A DNA stretch of 61,365 nucleotides, filler included, from Candidatus Aminicenantales bacterium (GCA_049512315.1; 5 parts of 4 records of this genome joined end to end with filler, not necessarily neighbours in it); one strand, 5' to 3'; counted from the whole stretch's first letter, positions 9,781 to 21,610 are shown. Translations and numbers: made by a program. Notes: generated by a model from the sequence alone, not told the origin.

Positions 9781-12513
9781 TCAGCGTTTTTTGGGCTTGG
9801 CCAGGTAAATGTTCCCGACCATGTCGGTTGCCTCGAAGACGATCCTGTCCGCTGCCACGCCGATTGCGCCGTTACCCTTGGGGAAGTTCAGATTGAGTGG
9901 CCGCTCGGGGGACATATCGATTTTGCGTTCATCTCCGGCGGGCTCCTTCGTCCGGGGATCGAGCTCCCTGACGAAGAGCGAACAACGGCCGTTCTTCTCG
10001 GAGAGATAATAGAGAAAGCGGCCGTTGGGGGACCAGGCTGGCGAGCCGAGGTAATAGCCGGCCTCGGCGACCGTGATCGTGCCTTGTAACCCGCCTTGGC
10101 GTCCCTCGAAAGGAGTGATCCGGATGGCCGCGCGCCCGTCCGGCTCCCCGGCCAGCCAGACGAGCCATTTCCCGTCCGGCGAGAGGCTAACGTCCTCGAC
10201 GATATCCTGCGACGACGACAGGATGATGCTCTTCTCCCCGGTTCGGAGGTCCATCTTCTCGAGCTCGTTGGGCTTCGCCTGAACCAGGGCGAAATCATCG
10301 TCAGTGGAGAAACCGAAGACGACACAGCCCTCGCAGAGCTCCCTGCTGGCGGTGGCCCCGAGTGCGACGAGGATCGTCTTGTTCTTTCCTTCGATGATGT
10401 CGAGATAGGCCAGGAGCGATCCATCAGGGCTCAGCCGTGGGAATTGGTTGACGCTGATCCCTTGAACGGGGATCTTCGTTTCCTCGCCGGTCCTCAAGTC
10501 CTTGACCCGGACCTCGATCCTGGCCGCCTGGGCCCCGCCGAAGGCGCTGAACGCGGCTTTCGCTCCGTCCCGGGATATGGTCGGGTTGAAATTCTGCATC
10601 AGGTCCTGGGTGAGCTTCTGGGGCTTGGCCGACACCACGGCCTCGTCGGGCCGGGCCGCGACGCTCCACGCGTTCATCGCGACCGTCATCTCGGAGAAGA
10701 AGACCCGGCCGTCCGGCATGACGGCCGGAGAGATCTTCATGCCCGGCCCGGTCGTGATGGCCGCTGCGGGCCCTGTGACTGTCAATGTCTTCGGGTCGAT
10801 GGACGCCCGGAACAGGTTGACGCCTTCGATCGTCGTCCCCGAAACGAAATAGACGCTGTTCCCGGCCCATCCGACCGGGAATTGAACGATAGTGGTCAAG
10901 CCGAGATTTTCGATGGCGTGTGTCCGGACCGGCTCTCCGCCGTCGACCGGTGCGACCCACCAGTCCGTGGACTTCGGATCGTTGACCCGCCGGCCCCGGA
11001 ACAAGAGGTATTTGCCGTCAGGTGACCAGACGAGCGTGGCTCCATGCACTATAAAGCCGAACAGGAAATCGCTAAGGATCTGCCGGGGCTCTCCTCCCTT
11101 CGGCGAAACCAGGTACGTCTTGTACTGGCGGGGTTCCAGAGACGCGGGGAGGACCATGAAAGCGATCCAGCGGCCGTCGGGGGAGAACCTGGGTATGAAG
11201 CCCCTGTCGGCGATCCGCCTCGGCTCGCCGCCCACGGCCAGGGCGTCGATGAGGTAGATTCCGCCGCCGTCGCGCTCGGAGCGGAAGGCGATCTGGGACC
11301 CGTCGGGCGAGAACGAAGGGAACCAATCGTCGGCCGGGTGGTTCGTCAAGCGGAGAGGCTTACCCCCGGAAACTTGCTGGACCCAGATGTCGAGGTTCCC
11401 GTTTCCCTCACGGTCGGAGGCATAAGCTATGAGATTGCCGGCGGGGGCAAGCGTCGGAGAGAAGGTCAAGCCGGAATCGAAGGTCAGGGGAGTGATCTCA
11501 TACTCGGTGGGCCCTGGTGGCTTGAGGACGAAAAGTTTCAGGACGATGGCCGCGGCGGCGAGGACGAGGATGGATGCCGCCGTCACGAGAAACGCCGTTT
11601 TTTTCTTTCCGCGGCTGGCGGGGGCTGCCGCAGCCATGAGCTTGCCCGATTCGGAATCCTCCTTGAGGTCCTGGAGCGCGACCTTGAGGTCGGACATCGT
11701 TTGCCAACGCCTCTGGGGGTCCTTGCGGAGACAGCGGACGAGGATGCGCTCCAATTCGAGAGGGATCGCCTCGTTCACGGCGGAGGGAGGCTTCGGCTCT
11801 TCGTTAAGGACGGCGGCGAGCGTTTTAATGCCGCTCTCGCGGCCGAAGGCCTTGCGGCCGGTGAGCATCTCATAGAGGACCGCTCCGAAGGAAAAGATGT
11901 CCGACCTGGCGTCGACCTTCTTCCCTTCCGCCTGCTCCGGGGACATGTAGGCCGCGGTGCCGACGATGAAGCCTTGCTCGGTTCGGGGTTTCCCATCCTG
12001 GCCTATCGTTAACGTAGGGCCGGCCCCTGAGTCGGGGATTTCTTCCGTAAGCTTGGCCAGGCCGAAGTCGAGGATCTTGACCAGGCCTTCGTCCGTCACC
12101 ATGATGTTCGTCGGCTTGAGGTCGCGGTGGACGATCCCCGCGGCATGGGCCTTGGCCAGGCCGTCGGCCACCTGGACGGCGTAGCCGAGCGCTTCGCTGA
12201 GTTTCAGGCCTTTCCGCCCAATCACGAGGTCGAGGGACTGCCCTTCGACGAGTTCCATGACAATGAAATCGCGGCCCTGGTCGAAGGCGATGTCATGGAT
12301 GACGACGATGTTCGGGTGGCGGAGGGCGGACGCGGCCTTAGCCTCCAGGACGAAACGCTGCTTGCGTTCGGGGTTTGCGACCTTGTCCGGAGGCAGGACC
12401 TTGATAGCGACGGGCCGGTCGAGGTGGGTGTCGACGGCCTTGTAGACGGCACCCATCCCACCCTCGCCGATTTTTTCGACGATCCGGTAATGGAGAAGGT
12501 TCTGGCCGACCAT
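9781..12513 (-). CDS. Ser/Thr protein kinase with TM and TolB/PD40 beta-propeller repeats
   Basis: GEGGMGAVY, HRDLKPTN, DFGLAK; repeated PSFSPDG/WSPDG/WSPNG. Confidence 0.94.
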   Translation of the reverse strand: MVGQNLLHYRIVEKIGEGGMGAVYKAVDTHLDRPVAIKVLPPDKVANPERKQRFVLEAKAASALRHPNIVVIHDIAFDQGRDFIVMELVEGQSLDLVIGRKGLKLSEALGYAVQVADGLAKAHAAGIVHRDLKPTNIMVTDEGLVKILDFGLAKLTEEIPDSGAGPTLTIGQDGKPRTEQGFIVGTAAYMSPEQAEGKKVDARSDIFSFGAVLYEMLTGRKAFGRESGIKTLAAVLNEEPKPPSAVNEAIPLELERILVRCLRKDPQRRWQTMSDLKVALQDLKEDSESGKLMAAAAPASRGKKKTAFLVTAASILVLAAAAIVLKLFVLKPPGPTEYEITPLTFDSGLTFSPTLAPAGNLIAYASDREGNGNLDIWVQQVSGGKPLRLTNHPADDWFPSFSPDGSQIAFRSERDGGGIYLIDALAVGGEPRRIADRGFIPRFSPDGRWIAFMVLPASLEPRQYKTYLVSPKGGEPRQILSDFLFGFIVHGATLVWSPDGKYLLFRGRRVNDPKSTDWWVAPVDGGEPVRTHAIENLGLTTIVQFPVGWAGNSVYFVSGTTIEGVNLFRASIDPKTLTVTGPAAAITTGPGMKISPAVMPDGRVFFSEMTVAMNAWSVAARPDEAVVSAKPQKLTQDLMQNFNPTISRDGAKAAFSAFGGAQAARIEVRVKDLRTGEETKIPVQGISVNQFPRLSPDGSLLAYLDIIEGKNKTILVALGATASRELCEGCVVFGFSTDDDFALVQAKPNELEKMDLRTGEKSIILSSSQDIVEDVSLSPDGKWLVWLAGEPDGRAAIRITPFEGRQGGLQGTITVAEAGYYLGSPAWSPNGRFLYYLSEKNGRCSLFVRELDPRTKEPAGDERKIDMSPERPLNLNFPKGNGAIGVAADRIVFEATDMVGNIYLAKPKKR

Positions 12514-12776
12514 GCCGGGATCTCTTGAGTTATCCTTCCCTTCTTATAATTCCGGAGGCGCTCGAAAGTCAACACGGGCCGAAGGACCTTCTGGCCGCAC
12601 CTTGGGGGAAAAAATTACCGCGCGAATCACCCTGATGGGTCATTGCCTTGTCCCGAACGTCTATTAAGAATGGGCAGGAAGCGGGCATCCCGACGAAGAT
12701 CTCCGAACGCCGCCGCGGCAAAATCCGCTGAGATTTCCTCACGCCGCGGGCGTACGTTCCCAGGCCGGATTTGCCG

Positions 12777-13205
12777 TCAGCCGACCTTGACGGTCTTGAT
12801 TCTCCCGGAGATCGCCACCGTGATTTTGTAGGCGCCGCGGGAGTTGGATACGTTGATCGTGGCTAGGTCCGAGACCGTACCTTCGGGATAAAAGGTGGGA
12901 CTGTTATTGGCCGTGACTTCGACCCCTTCGAGCCGGGCGAGCCTGTCCAGGCGCCACGCTCCGGACCCCTCATCATGGGCCTCGAGCACGCACCTCTGCC
13001 CTTCGAACCGGACCCTGTATCGTCGGCCCCTCCAGGCGGCTTTGAACCGGGCCTGGTTCAGCGAGCTCTGGATCTCCCAAAGGCCTGTCTGAAGCTGAAA
13101 TTTGGGGACGAGCTGTTTGAACGAAACCGACCCTTCGTAAATGAAGAAGCCGACCAGGGCGATGGCCAGGACCGTTTCGACGAGGGTGAATCCCTTTTTC
13201 TTCAT
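12777..13205 (-). CDS. FimT/GspH-like pseudopilin
   Basis: Prepilin cleavage motif KKG|FTLVE; C-terminal ITVAISGRIK. Confidence 0.85.
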   Translation of the reverse strand: MKKKGFTLVETVLAIALVGFFIYEGSVSFKQLVPKFQLQTGLWEIQSSLNQARFKAAWRGRRYRVRFEGQRCVLEAHDEGSGAWRLDRLARLEGVEVTANNSPTFYPEGTVSDLATINVSNSRGAYKITVAISGRIKTVKVG

Positions 13206-14800
13206 TCGTGCTCCTTCCAGGTCAGGACCTTGAAGGAATAGACGGAAAGCCGGGGCTCGGCCGTGAGGGGGACATCGTCGCTCGTCCCGCCGCCGGCGAG
13301 CCGCTCGTCGGGCGCGATCCGGAGCGAGTTTCCGTTCCCCTTGTAGCCGGCCGCGTGAAGGGCGCCGAGGACTTCGACCGTTTTCCCGCTCCCGCCGATC
13401 TCGAAGTCGCCGTTCCCCGCGGTCAGCGAAGCCTGAACCTTGAGCTCGTCCGGCGCGCCCCCGTCCACCGCGATCCGGCCGTCCAGCTCCGCCTGCGAGA
13501 CGAAATCCCGCCCCGTGGAGAAAATGACTAGCTGGGACTGTGATTCCTTGACGTAGGGGATGCCCTCCTGCCAGCGGGCGCCCTGGAGGATCAGGTGCGA
13601 GGACAGTGTGATCCTGTCCGACGAGACGATGGTCAGGCTGACGCCGCCGAGAATGGACGGGATCTCGCGGTCCCTGACCATCGTGACCGTTCCGTCGCTT
13701 CGGACGATCCCGCCGCCCAGGGCGTCGATCCTGCCGTTGACAATGATGATCCCCAGCGGGACGAGGTCGTAGGAATAGACGGCGTCCGGCGTCCGGAAGT
13801 CCGTCCGGCTCCGGGCCGGGCTATACCTCAGCGACCATTCCCCCCCGCTCATCCTGAAGACGATCGCCTGGGAGTCGCCGTCAATGGCCAGGACCATCTC
13901 GTCCGCGTCCCCCTGGACGAAGATCCCGCCGAGGCCGAGGTCATTCTTGATCAGATAGACGCCGTCCGGGACCGGGTCCTCCGACGGCTCGAGGCCGAGG
14001 GCCGCCCTCAAGCGGACGGGGGAGAGGTCCTGGGGCATGAATATCCTGACGTCGAGGGCCCTGGCCGCGAGACGCGTGGCGTCCTTCGGGATGATCCCGC
14101 TCCCGGTGGCCACGAACGGGGGAGCCAGGACGTTCCCGTTTCCGGAGAGAAACGAGATGCCGTTGGCCTTCATGAACCCGCTTTTTTCCGCCTCCGTCAT
14201 CTCCTTATTGATCAGCAGGGGGATGGAGGGAAGCGGGAGATAGCCGGCCAGGACTCCGAGCGTCCCTTCAAGGCTCGAGATCCTCTTCGGCGGGAGCCGG
14301 CCCCAGCCGCCGCTCGACTCGATGCGGAGATCGGCGAGGATACGGCAATAGCTTCCCCTGTCTTCGATCCTCTCGAGGCCGCAGGTTGAGAGGGATTCCC
14401 AGTTCGACCCGTCCGCCGACTCCCTCAGGAGCCGGGGAAAGCCGGCGCCCAAGGCCTCCTCGAGGAGAAGGGGGAAAACGGCCCGCGGGTCCTCGCGGAG
14501 ATCCTCCAGCCGGCCGGCCGCGATCGGCACGACCGGGCCCGCCGATTCGACCCAGGCCGCGAGGTCCCTCAGGCCGCGCTTGATGCCGTTCTCGGAGGCG
14601 TAATCCAGGAAGACCGAAAATTTCCGGTAAGCGTTCATCTTTAAGTAGGCCTGGGAAAGGCAGATCATGCTCAGGCCGAGCCCCGAGAAGACGAAGAGGA
14701 GGAAGACGACCACCAGGCTGGCGACTCCTCGCTCCCGGCCGCGGGCCCTCTCAGGTCCGGCCGGCCAGGGCCGGGTTCTTGGGAAAAAGGCATATCTCAT
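13202..14800 (-). CDS. PilX-like minor pilin with long C-terminal beta domain
   Basis: ERG|VASLVVVFLLFVFSGLGL leader lacking E5, ASENGI motif, position in pilin operon. Confidence 0.7.
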   Translation of the reverse strand: MRYAFFPRTRPWPAGPERARGRERGVASLVVVFLLFVFSGLGLSMICLSQAYLKMNAYRKFSVFLDYASENGIKRGLRDLAAWVESAGPVVPIAAGRLEDLREDPRAVFPLLLEEALGAGFPRLLRESADGSNWESLSTCGLERIEDRGSYCRILADLRIESSGGWGRLPPKRISSLEGTLGVLAGYLPLPSIPLLINKEMTEAEKSGFMKANGISFLSGNGNVLAPPFVATGSGIIPKDATRLAARALDVRIFMPQDLSPVRLRAALGLEPSEDPVPDGVYLIKNDLGLGGIFVQGDADEMVLAIDGDSQAIVFRMSGGEWSLRYSPARSRTDFRTPDAVYSYDLVPLGIIIVNGRIDALGGGIVRSDGTVTMVRDREIPSILGGVSLTIVSSDRITLSSHLILQGARWQEGIPYVKESQSQLVIFSTGRDFVSQAELDGRIAVDGGAPDELKVQASLTAGNGDFEIGGSGKTVEVLGALHAAGYKGNGNSLRIAPDERLAGGGTSDDVPLTAEPRLSVYSFKVLTWKEHE

Positions 14801-15461
14801 ATGCGGCATCTCCTTGGTCGTTGAGGCCGAACCGGACCCGGACAAGGTTCGCGGCCCGGTCCACCAGAAAATCGGCGGAGCGGACGTTCTCGAGGAGCGG
14901 TTGGGCCGTGCTCAGGTTGACCTTGCGCCTGAGGACGCCCTGGCGCGCGTCCAGGGTCAGGCTGACTTTTTCGAGAAGCAAAAGCGAGGCTTTCTCTTTT
15001 GCGTACCCGGCTCCGAGCGGGGATGAGAGAAGCGCGGCCCCGGCCGCGACCGAGGATATGACAAGGACTTCGCCCTTTTCCCCGTCCGAAAGACAGATCT
15101 CCCGGCCGGCCTTCAGGCCGGCGACGCGTATCAGCGGAAGGCGGATGTCCCCTTCCCGGACGTCCGCGACCAGCTCGAAGGCGTCCTCCGCCCTGACGAT
15201 CAGGAGGCCTCCCGCGTCCTCAGCGACCGCTTCGACGAGTCCCAGGGCCGTCGGCTCGCCAAGCCCCTGGCCGGCCCGCAGGATATCGACCTTCATCTTG
15301 TCGATGGCGGCCATGGCTCCCTGGGCCGCTTCCTCCTTTTCTTTAAGCCTATAAAAATGCTTCTGGGCGGCCCCGAAGAACTCCAGGCAGGCGCAGACGA
15401 CGAAGAGCGATAGGGCGAGACCGATCAGGCACTCGAGGAGGGTGAAACCCCGGCTTTTCAC
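14751..15461 (-). CDS. PilW-like prepilin
   Basis: GTG start overlapping the upstream stop; KSRG|FTLLECLIGL; DILRAG; QPLLENV. Confidence 0.8.
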   Translation of the reverse strand: MKSRGFTLLECLIGLALSLFVVCACLEFFGAAQKHFYRLKEKEEAAQGAMAAIDKMKVDILRAGQGLGEPTALGLVEAVAEDAGGLLIVRAEDAFELVADVREGDIRLPLIRVAGLKAGREICLSDGEKGEVLVISSVAAGAALLSSPLGAGYAKEKASLLLLEKVSLTLDARQGVLRRKVNLSTAQPLLENVRSADFLVDRAANLVRVRFGLNDQGDAAYEICLFPKNPALAGRT

Positions 15462-15844
15462 GGCGCGAACCCCAGGTCTTTCGATATCCAGAGGGTCACG
15501 GAGGCGCCGGATCCGGGCCGGCCGGCCGGGCAGACCGTGACCCTGACCCTTTTCATCCGCTCCCCAGCGTCTTCGACCGTCCATTCGTGGAGGAAGAGGC
15601 CGCGGCCGGCCTCGTCCCGGACGGCTTCCGAATATTCCCCGGGCCGGAGCCCGTCCGATTCGAAGGAGAGAGATTTCAGACCTTCGAGCCGCGTCGTAAG
15701 AGAGTGGGCCAGGCCGGACGTCGTGTCTCCCCTCCTTTTGGCCCATACTGATAAGGTGATGAGCTCGGCCGTGCCGAGAAGCAGGACGAGGGCCAGGGTC
15801 ATGGAAACGAGGACCTCGATCAGGCTGAATCCCTGCCTCTTCAT
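15458..15844 (-). CDS. PilV-like prepilin
   Basis: KRQG|FSLIEVLVSM; RBS GGAGG upstream. Confidence 0.85.
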   Translation of the reverse strand: MKRQGFSLIEVLVSMTLALVLLLGTAELITLSVWAKRRGDTTSGLAHSLTTRLEGLKSLSFESDGLRPGEYSEAVRDEAGRGLFLHEWTVEDAGERMKRVRVTVCPAGRPGSGASVTLWISKDLGFAP

Positions 15845-15869
15845 GGCCGACCTCCTGCCCCTAGATCAA

Positions 15870-15886
15870 AGCGGGAGACGTGCCAG
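15870..15886 (-). promoter_or_regulatory. Putative sigma54 promoter of the pilin operon
   Basis: Minus strand CTGGCACGTCTCCCGCT: -24 TGGCACG exact, -12 GC retained (CCGC versus TTGC); implied TSS just above the RBS. Confidence 0.45.
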
Positions 15887-16030
15887 TGCGGGGAACTATT
15901 TTCTCAGGGACGGCGGCTCAACGGCCCGCCCCGGCCGTCAACCGGGGTGGCTAATTCGTTGAAAAAGAAGGGGATTGCGGTCAACCGGCGTTGACGCCCC
16001 GGCGGCCAGAAAAAATATTTTTCCAAGGCC

Positions 16031-16059
16031 TTGACAACCGGGGAAGGAAACCCTATCAT
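16031..16059 (+). promoter_or_regulatory. rRNA operon sigma70 promoter
   Basis: TTGACA, 17 bp, TATCAT with A/T-rich UP-like tract upstream. Confidence 0.75.
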
Positions 16060-16246
16060 ATAGGAGCCTTCGGGCATTCACTGACAACCGTATTAGGTTG
16101 ACAATTTCAATCAGTCGTTTTTAGATATTATTGAAGTTTCTCTCTCGGGATAGAGAGAAGAGAGATCTTTGAATCAAAAAAGCGGAGCGACCAATAATCG
16201 ATCCAATTTGCCAAATCAACTCGCCAAGAACTCGCAAGAGTTCTTA

Positions 16247-17193
<947 letters not shown>

Positions 17194-17293
17194 NNNNNNN
17201 NNNNNNNNNNNNNNNNNNNNNNNNNNNNNNNNNNNNNTTAATTAATTAANNNNNNNNNNNNNNNNNNNNNNNNNNNNNNNNNNNNNNNNNNNN
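17194..17293. other. Artificial contig linker
   Basis: N-run with TTAATTAATTAA. Confidence 0.98.
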
Positions 17294-17477
17294 CATCCTT
17301 GGAAGGTTTACAGAGACCGGTTCGCAAGCGAACTACCCGAGAGACCCTAGGTGATGACAAAAGCGGAAAGATTCACGTTGCCCAGGACCGGAAGTATTCA
17401 CGTTGCCTTGACAGCGAGGGTCGTTCGCTTGACATAAGTCCGAAGCGGGGAATATCATTATCCCGGAAGAGGGGTCA

Positions 17478-18731
17478 GTGCATCCGTCTAGCGCGGAGGT
17501 GAGGGCCCCCAAGAATCGGATTGATATCCCGGTTGACGCGCGATCAGTACCGGGCTCGTGGAGATCCCTGACGCTTGTCCTCCTCGGCGCGTTCGGCTTT
17601 CTCTTCCTCTCCCTCCATCCCCAGGAGCTTCGTCACTTCGCGGGGGTCGTCAACGTCGAGGTCCCGGTCCGGGTCTTCGACGGGGAGAGATTCGTCGATG
17701 ACCTGACGCTTAAGGACTTCGAGGTCTTCGAAAACGGCAAGCCCCAGAAAATCTCCGCCCTCTATCTGATCCGAAAGGCGAACATCCAAAAAGAGGAAAC
17801 GTCAGGGCCCGTGGCCGCCCGCCCCGCCCCGAAGACGGGACGGACGATCGTCATGGAGTTCGAGGTCCTGGGCCCCTCGCCCAAGCTGGACGAAGCCGTG
17901 GATTTTTTCTTCGACCAGGTCCTCGAGCCGGAGGACTCGCTGACCGTCATCACCCCGCGCACGACCTACCGCTTCAAGCCGGAGGCCCTGGCCCGCCTGC
18001 CGCGGCAGGAGATCGCCCGCCAGCTCAAGGGGAAATTGCGCAATGATATCCTTACAGGAGCAACGGAATATAAGAGATTGTTAGGCGACTTCCGGGACGT
18101 CTTGAAATTGCCCGTGGACCCCGACCAGAAGCTGCACATGCTCCAGGATATCAACCGGCAGCTGTGCGACCGGATCGGGATCGACGAGGCGAGCCTGCGG
18201 CGGACGGCCCAGGCGCTGAAGGCCACGGAGGGGCAAAAATATTTCTTTCTGTTTTATGAAAAGGAGTTAATCAACTCGGTCTCGTCCGGAAGCTTCGGCG
18301 ACGAGTCTCTGCCCGCGGCGGAGAGCCAACTGGACGATATGGCCGCGGCGGAGATGCGGAGGGACCTGACCATCAATCCCAAGGCGATAGAGCAGATCTT
18401 CTCCGACGCCTCCATCACGGTCCATTTTATCTACTCGACGAAATCGGCCTCGGACATCGCAGATGAAGTGAGTGGCCTCAACACCAAGGACCTATCGGCC
18501 TCGATCTTTGAAACTTTCAATGAAATGGCCCGGGCCACGGGCGGGGTCTCCGAGGCATCGGGCAACCCGTTTGCGGCCTTCCAAAAAGCCGCGAAGGCGA
18601 CGGAAAACTACTATCTCCTGTATTATGTCCCGGAAAACTACCAAGCCGACGGGAAGTTCAAGGAGATCAAAGTCGTGGTCAAAGGAAAACGATTCCGGGT
18701 CACCAACCGGGCCGGCTATTTCGCCAATTGA
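17478..18731 (+). CDS. VWA-related domain protein (acidobacterial type); start uncertain
   Basis: VNVEVPVRV...DLTLKDFEVFENGKPQKI at the N-terminus and YYLLYYVP...DGKFKEIKVVV....RAGYFA at the C-terminus. Confidence 0.75.
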   Translation: MHPSSAEVRAPKNRIDIPVDARSVPGSWRSLTLVLLGAFGFLFLSLHPQELRHFAGVVNVEVPVRVFDGERFVDDLTLKDFEVFENGKPQKISALYLIRKANIQKEETSGPVAARPAPKTGRTIVMEFEVLGPSPKLDEAVDFFFDQVLEPEDSLTVITPRTTYRFKPEALARLPRQEIARQLKGKLRNDILTGATEYKRLLGDFRDVLKLPVDPDQKLHMLQDINRQLCDRIGIDEASLRRTAQALKATEGQKYFFLFYEKELINSVSSGSFGDESLPAAESQLDDMAAAEMRRDLTINPKAIEQIFSDASITVHFIYSTKSASDIADEVSGLNTKDLSASIFETFNEMARATGGVSEASGNPFAAFQKAAKATENYYLLYYVPENYQADGKFKEIKVVVKGKRFRVTNRAGYFAN

Positions 18732-18995
18732 GATGATAACGCCCGGCGGGGCGCGGACGAATCATTCGCGGCAGGGATGTAACCGATTTAGGATCAGTCA
18801 ACTAGGAAACATAGCAAGAAGCCTCATGCCGGCCTTCGAATCCAGAGGTCGGGGGTTCATCATAATCTGCTCCCCCTAAATCGGTCCACGTATAATGAGA
18901 AAAACCTGAAAGATGGACTTGGCGTCCTTCTCCTTTTTTTCATGCACTTCCCGGAGTGAACATCCTCTCCGGCACCTGTCTGGCACCGGCCCGGT

Positions 18996-21380
18996 TTACG
19001 CCGGTTTGCCTGCGTTGGTCGCGCCCCACGTCCAATGGCGGATTTCCGGCAGGTCCTCGCCGTATTTGTCGATGTATTGCTTGTGCTCGATCAGCTTGTC
19101 CTTGAGCTGCTGCTTCAGGTAGATGCCCTTGTCGCCGGTCTGCGGCAGGCGGTCGATGGTATCCATCACGAGGTGGAAGCGGTCCAGATCGTTCAGCACC
19201 GTCATGTCGAAGGCTGTGGTGATGGTGCCCTCTTCCTTGTAGCCGCGGACGTGGATATTGTCGTGGTTGGTGCGGCGGTAGGTCAGCCGGTGGATCAGCC
19301 ACGGGTAAGCATGGAAGGCGAAGATGACCGGCTTGTCCTTGGTGAAGAGCTCGTCAAAATCCATGTCGCTCAACCCGTGCGGGTGCTCGGTTTGCGGTTG
19401 CAGCCTCATGAGGTCGACGACGTTGACCACCCGGATTCTCAGGTCGGGCAGATGCTCGCGCATGATGGAGACGGCGGCGAGCGTCTCCAGCGTGGGCACG
19501 TCGCCACAACAGGCCATGACGACGTCGGGCGCGGCGCCCTGGTCGTTGCTGGCCCACTGCCAGATGCCGATGCGCTCGGTGCAGTGCTTGACGGCCGCGT
19601 CCATCGTCAGCCACTGCGGCGCCGGGTGTTTGCCCGCGATCACGACGTTGACGTAATGGCGGCTGCGCAGGCAATGGTCCATCACCGACAGTAGGCAGTT
19701 GGCATCCGGCGGAAGATAGACGCGCACGACCTCGGCCTTCTTGTTCACGACGAGGTCGATGAAACCGGGATCCTGGTGGGTGAAGCCGTTGTGATCCTGG
19801 CGCCAGACATGCGAGGCCAGCAGGTAATTTAACGAGGCGATCTTCCGCCGCCACGGCAGGTGCGACGTGACCTCCAGCCACTTGGCGTGCTGGTTGAACA
19901 TCGAATCAATGATGTGAATGAACGCCTCGTAGCAATTGAAGAGCCCATGCCGCCCGGTGAGCAGGTAGCCCTCGAGCCAGCCCTCGCATTGGTGCTCGCT
20001 GAGCATCTCCATCACGCGCCCAGTGGGCGAGAGAAATTCGTCGTTCGGCACGGTCGCGGCGTCCCATTGGCGTTCGGTGACTTCAAAGAGGGCTTCCAGG
20101 CCGTTGGAGAGCGTCTCGTCAGGGCCAAAGGCCCGGAAATTCCGCTGCTCACTGTTCAGCTTGGCCACATCGCGCAGGAAACGCCCGAGCACATGCGTGT
20201 CGCCGATACCGGGCGCCCCCGGCGAGGGCACGTCGACCGCGTAGTCGCGGAAATCCGGCATCCGGAGGTCACGGAGCAGAATGCCGCCGTTGGCGTGGGG
20301 ATTTGCGCCCATGCGTCGTTCGCCCTTGGGCGCAAGTTCGGCCAGTTCCGGTTTCAGGCGGCCCTGCTCATCGAAGAGTTCCTCCGGCCGGTAGCTCCTC
20401 AGCCAGTCTTCCAACAGCTTGAGGTGTTCGGGATGGGTGGCCGGGTCGGAGAGCGGCACCTGGTGCGACCGGAAGGTGCCTTCAACCTGCAGGCCATCGA
20501 CCATCTTCGGCCCCGTCCAGCCCTTGGGTGAATTGAGGACGATCATCGGCCAGCGCGGACGCGCGAAGTTGCCGTGGGAGCGGGCGTCCTGCTGGATTTT
20601 TTGGATCTGCTCCACCGCCGTGTCGAGCGCCGCGGCCATGGCCTCGTGCATCAGTGCGGGCTCGTGACCCTCGACGAAGTAGGGCGTCCAGCCGTAGCCG
20701 CGGAACAACTGTTCCAATTCCTCGTGCGTGATCCGCGCGAGGAGGGTCGGGTTGGAAATCTTGTAACCGTTGAGATGCAGGATCGGCAGCACCGCGCCGT
20801 CGGTAGCCGGATTGAGAAACTTGTTGGAATGCCAGGCCGTAGCCAGCGGTCCGGTTTCCGCCTCGCCATCGCCGACGACGCAGGCGACGACCAGATCGGG
20901 ATTGTCGAACACCGCCCCGAACGAATGGCTGAGCGAATAGCCCAGCTCGCCGCCCTCGTGGATCGAGCCCGGGCACTCGGGCGAGGCGTGGCTGGGAATT
21001 CCTCCGGGAAACGAAAACTGAATAAAGAGTTTCCGGAGCCCGGCCTCATCCTGGCTGATGTCGGGATAGATCTCGCTGTAAGTGCCCTCGAGGTAAGTGT
21101 TGCCCACGACGGCCGGGCCGCCGTGTCCGGGGCCCGAGATGTAAATCATGTCGAGGTTGTATTTTTTGATGACCCGGTTCAAGTGCACGTAAATGAAGTT
21201 CTGCCCGGGGGTCGTGCCCCAGTGCCCGAGCAGCATGTGCTTCACATCCGCCAGCGCCAGCGGGAGCTTCAGTAGCGGATTGTCGTAAAGATAGATCTGG
21301 CCGACCGATAGATAGTTGGCGGCGCGCCAGTAGGCGTCCATCTTGTGGAGCAGTTCCGGCGTGAGTGTGTTTGTCTTCAT
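18996..21380 (-). CDS. xfp: Phosphoketolase (XFP family)
   Basis: [50 protein letters not shown]. Confidence 0.97.
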   Translation of the reverse strand: MKTNTLTPELLHKMDAYWRAANYLSVGQIYLYDNPLLKLPLALADVKHMLLGHWGTTPGQNFIYVHLNRVIKKYNLDMIYISGPGHGGPAVVGNTYLEGTYSEIYPDISQDEAGLRKLFIQFSFPGGIPSHASPECPGSIHEGGELGYSLSHSFGAVFDNPDLVVACVVGDGEAETGPLATAWHSNKFLNPATDGAVLPILHLNGYKISNPTLLARITHEELEQLFRGYGWTPYFVEGHEPALMHEAMAAALDTAVEQIQKIQQDARSHGNFARPRWPMIVLNSPKGWTGPKMVDGLQVEGTFRSHQVPLSDPATHPEHLKLLEDWLRSYRPEELFDEQGRLKPELAELAPKGERRMGANPHANGGILLRDLRMPDFRDYAVDVPSPGAPGIGDTHVLGRFLRDVAKLNSEQRNFRAFGPDETLSNGLEALFEVTERQWDAATVPNDEFLSPTGRVMEMLSEHQCEGWLEGYLLTGRHGLFNCYEAFIHIIDSMFNQHAKWLEVTSHLPWRRKIASLNYLLASHVWRQDHNGFTHQDPGFIDLVVNKKAEVVRVYLPPDANCLLSVMDHCLRSRHYVNVVIAGKHPAPQWLTMDAAVKHCTERIGIWQWASNDQGAAPDVVMACCGDVPTLETLAAVSIMREHLPDLRIRVVNVVDLMRLQPQTEHPHGLSDMDFDELFTKDKPVIFAFHAYPWLIHRLTYRRTNHDNIHVRGYKEEGTITTAFDMTVLNDLDRFHLVMDTIDRLPQTGDKGIYLKQQLKDKLIEHKQYIDKYGEDLPEIRHWTWGATNAGKPA

Positions 21381-21443
21381 GGCTCAGTTATTTTTTTTCA
21401 CCGCGCCGGCTCAGCAAACCGGGAAGAGCCAGAGTGACCTGCA

Positions 21444-21480
21444 CCCGACCAATGTACTACCCCTTAGCTGAGATTTTCAA
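21444..21480 (-). promoter_or_regulatory. 37-bp repeated promoter-like module, copy 1 (faces xfp)
   Basis: TTGAAAATCTCAGCTAAGGGGTAGTACATTGGTCGGG; TTGAAA-N18-TACATT. Confidence 0.6.
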
Positions 21481-21548
21481 TCCCTTGATCTGTCCCCTTA
21501 AATCGGTCTGGGCAAGTGGAAATAAGCATTTCTAAATCCCCCTGAGGC

Positions 21549-21585
21549 TTGAAAATCTCACTTCAGGGGTAGTACATTGATCGGG
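21549..21585 (+). promoter_or_regulatory. 37-bp repeated promoter-like module, copy 2 (faces mgtA)
   Basis: TTGAAAATCTCACTTCAGGGGTAGTACATTGATCGGG; 33/37 identical to copy 1. Confidence 0.6.
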
Positions 21586-21610
21586 CAGCTCTAGTTCAGG
21601 GGGCAGCCAT

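Noticed and set aside
17294..17350. GCAA-capped hairpin at contig start as a riboswitch or rRNA fragment
   Set aside because: Too short and truncated; no family consensus recognised.
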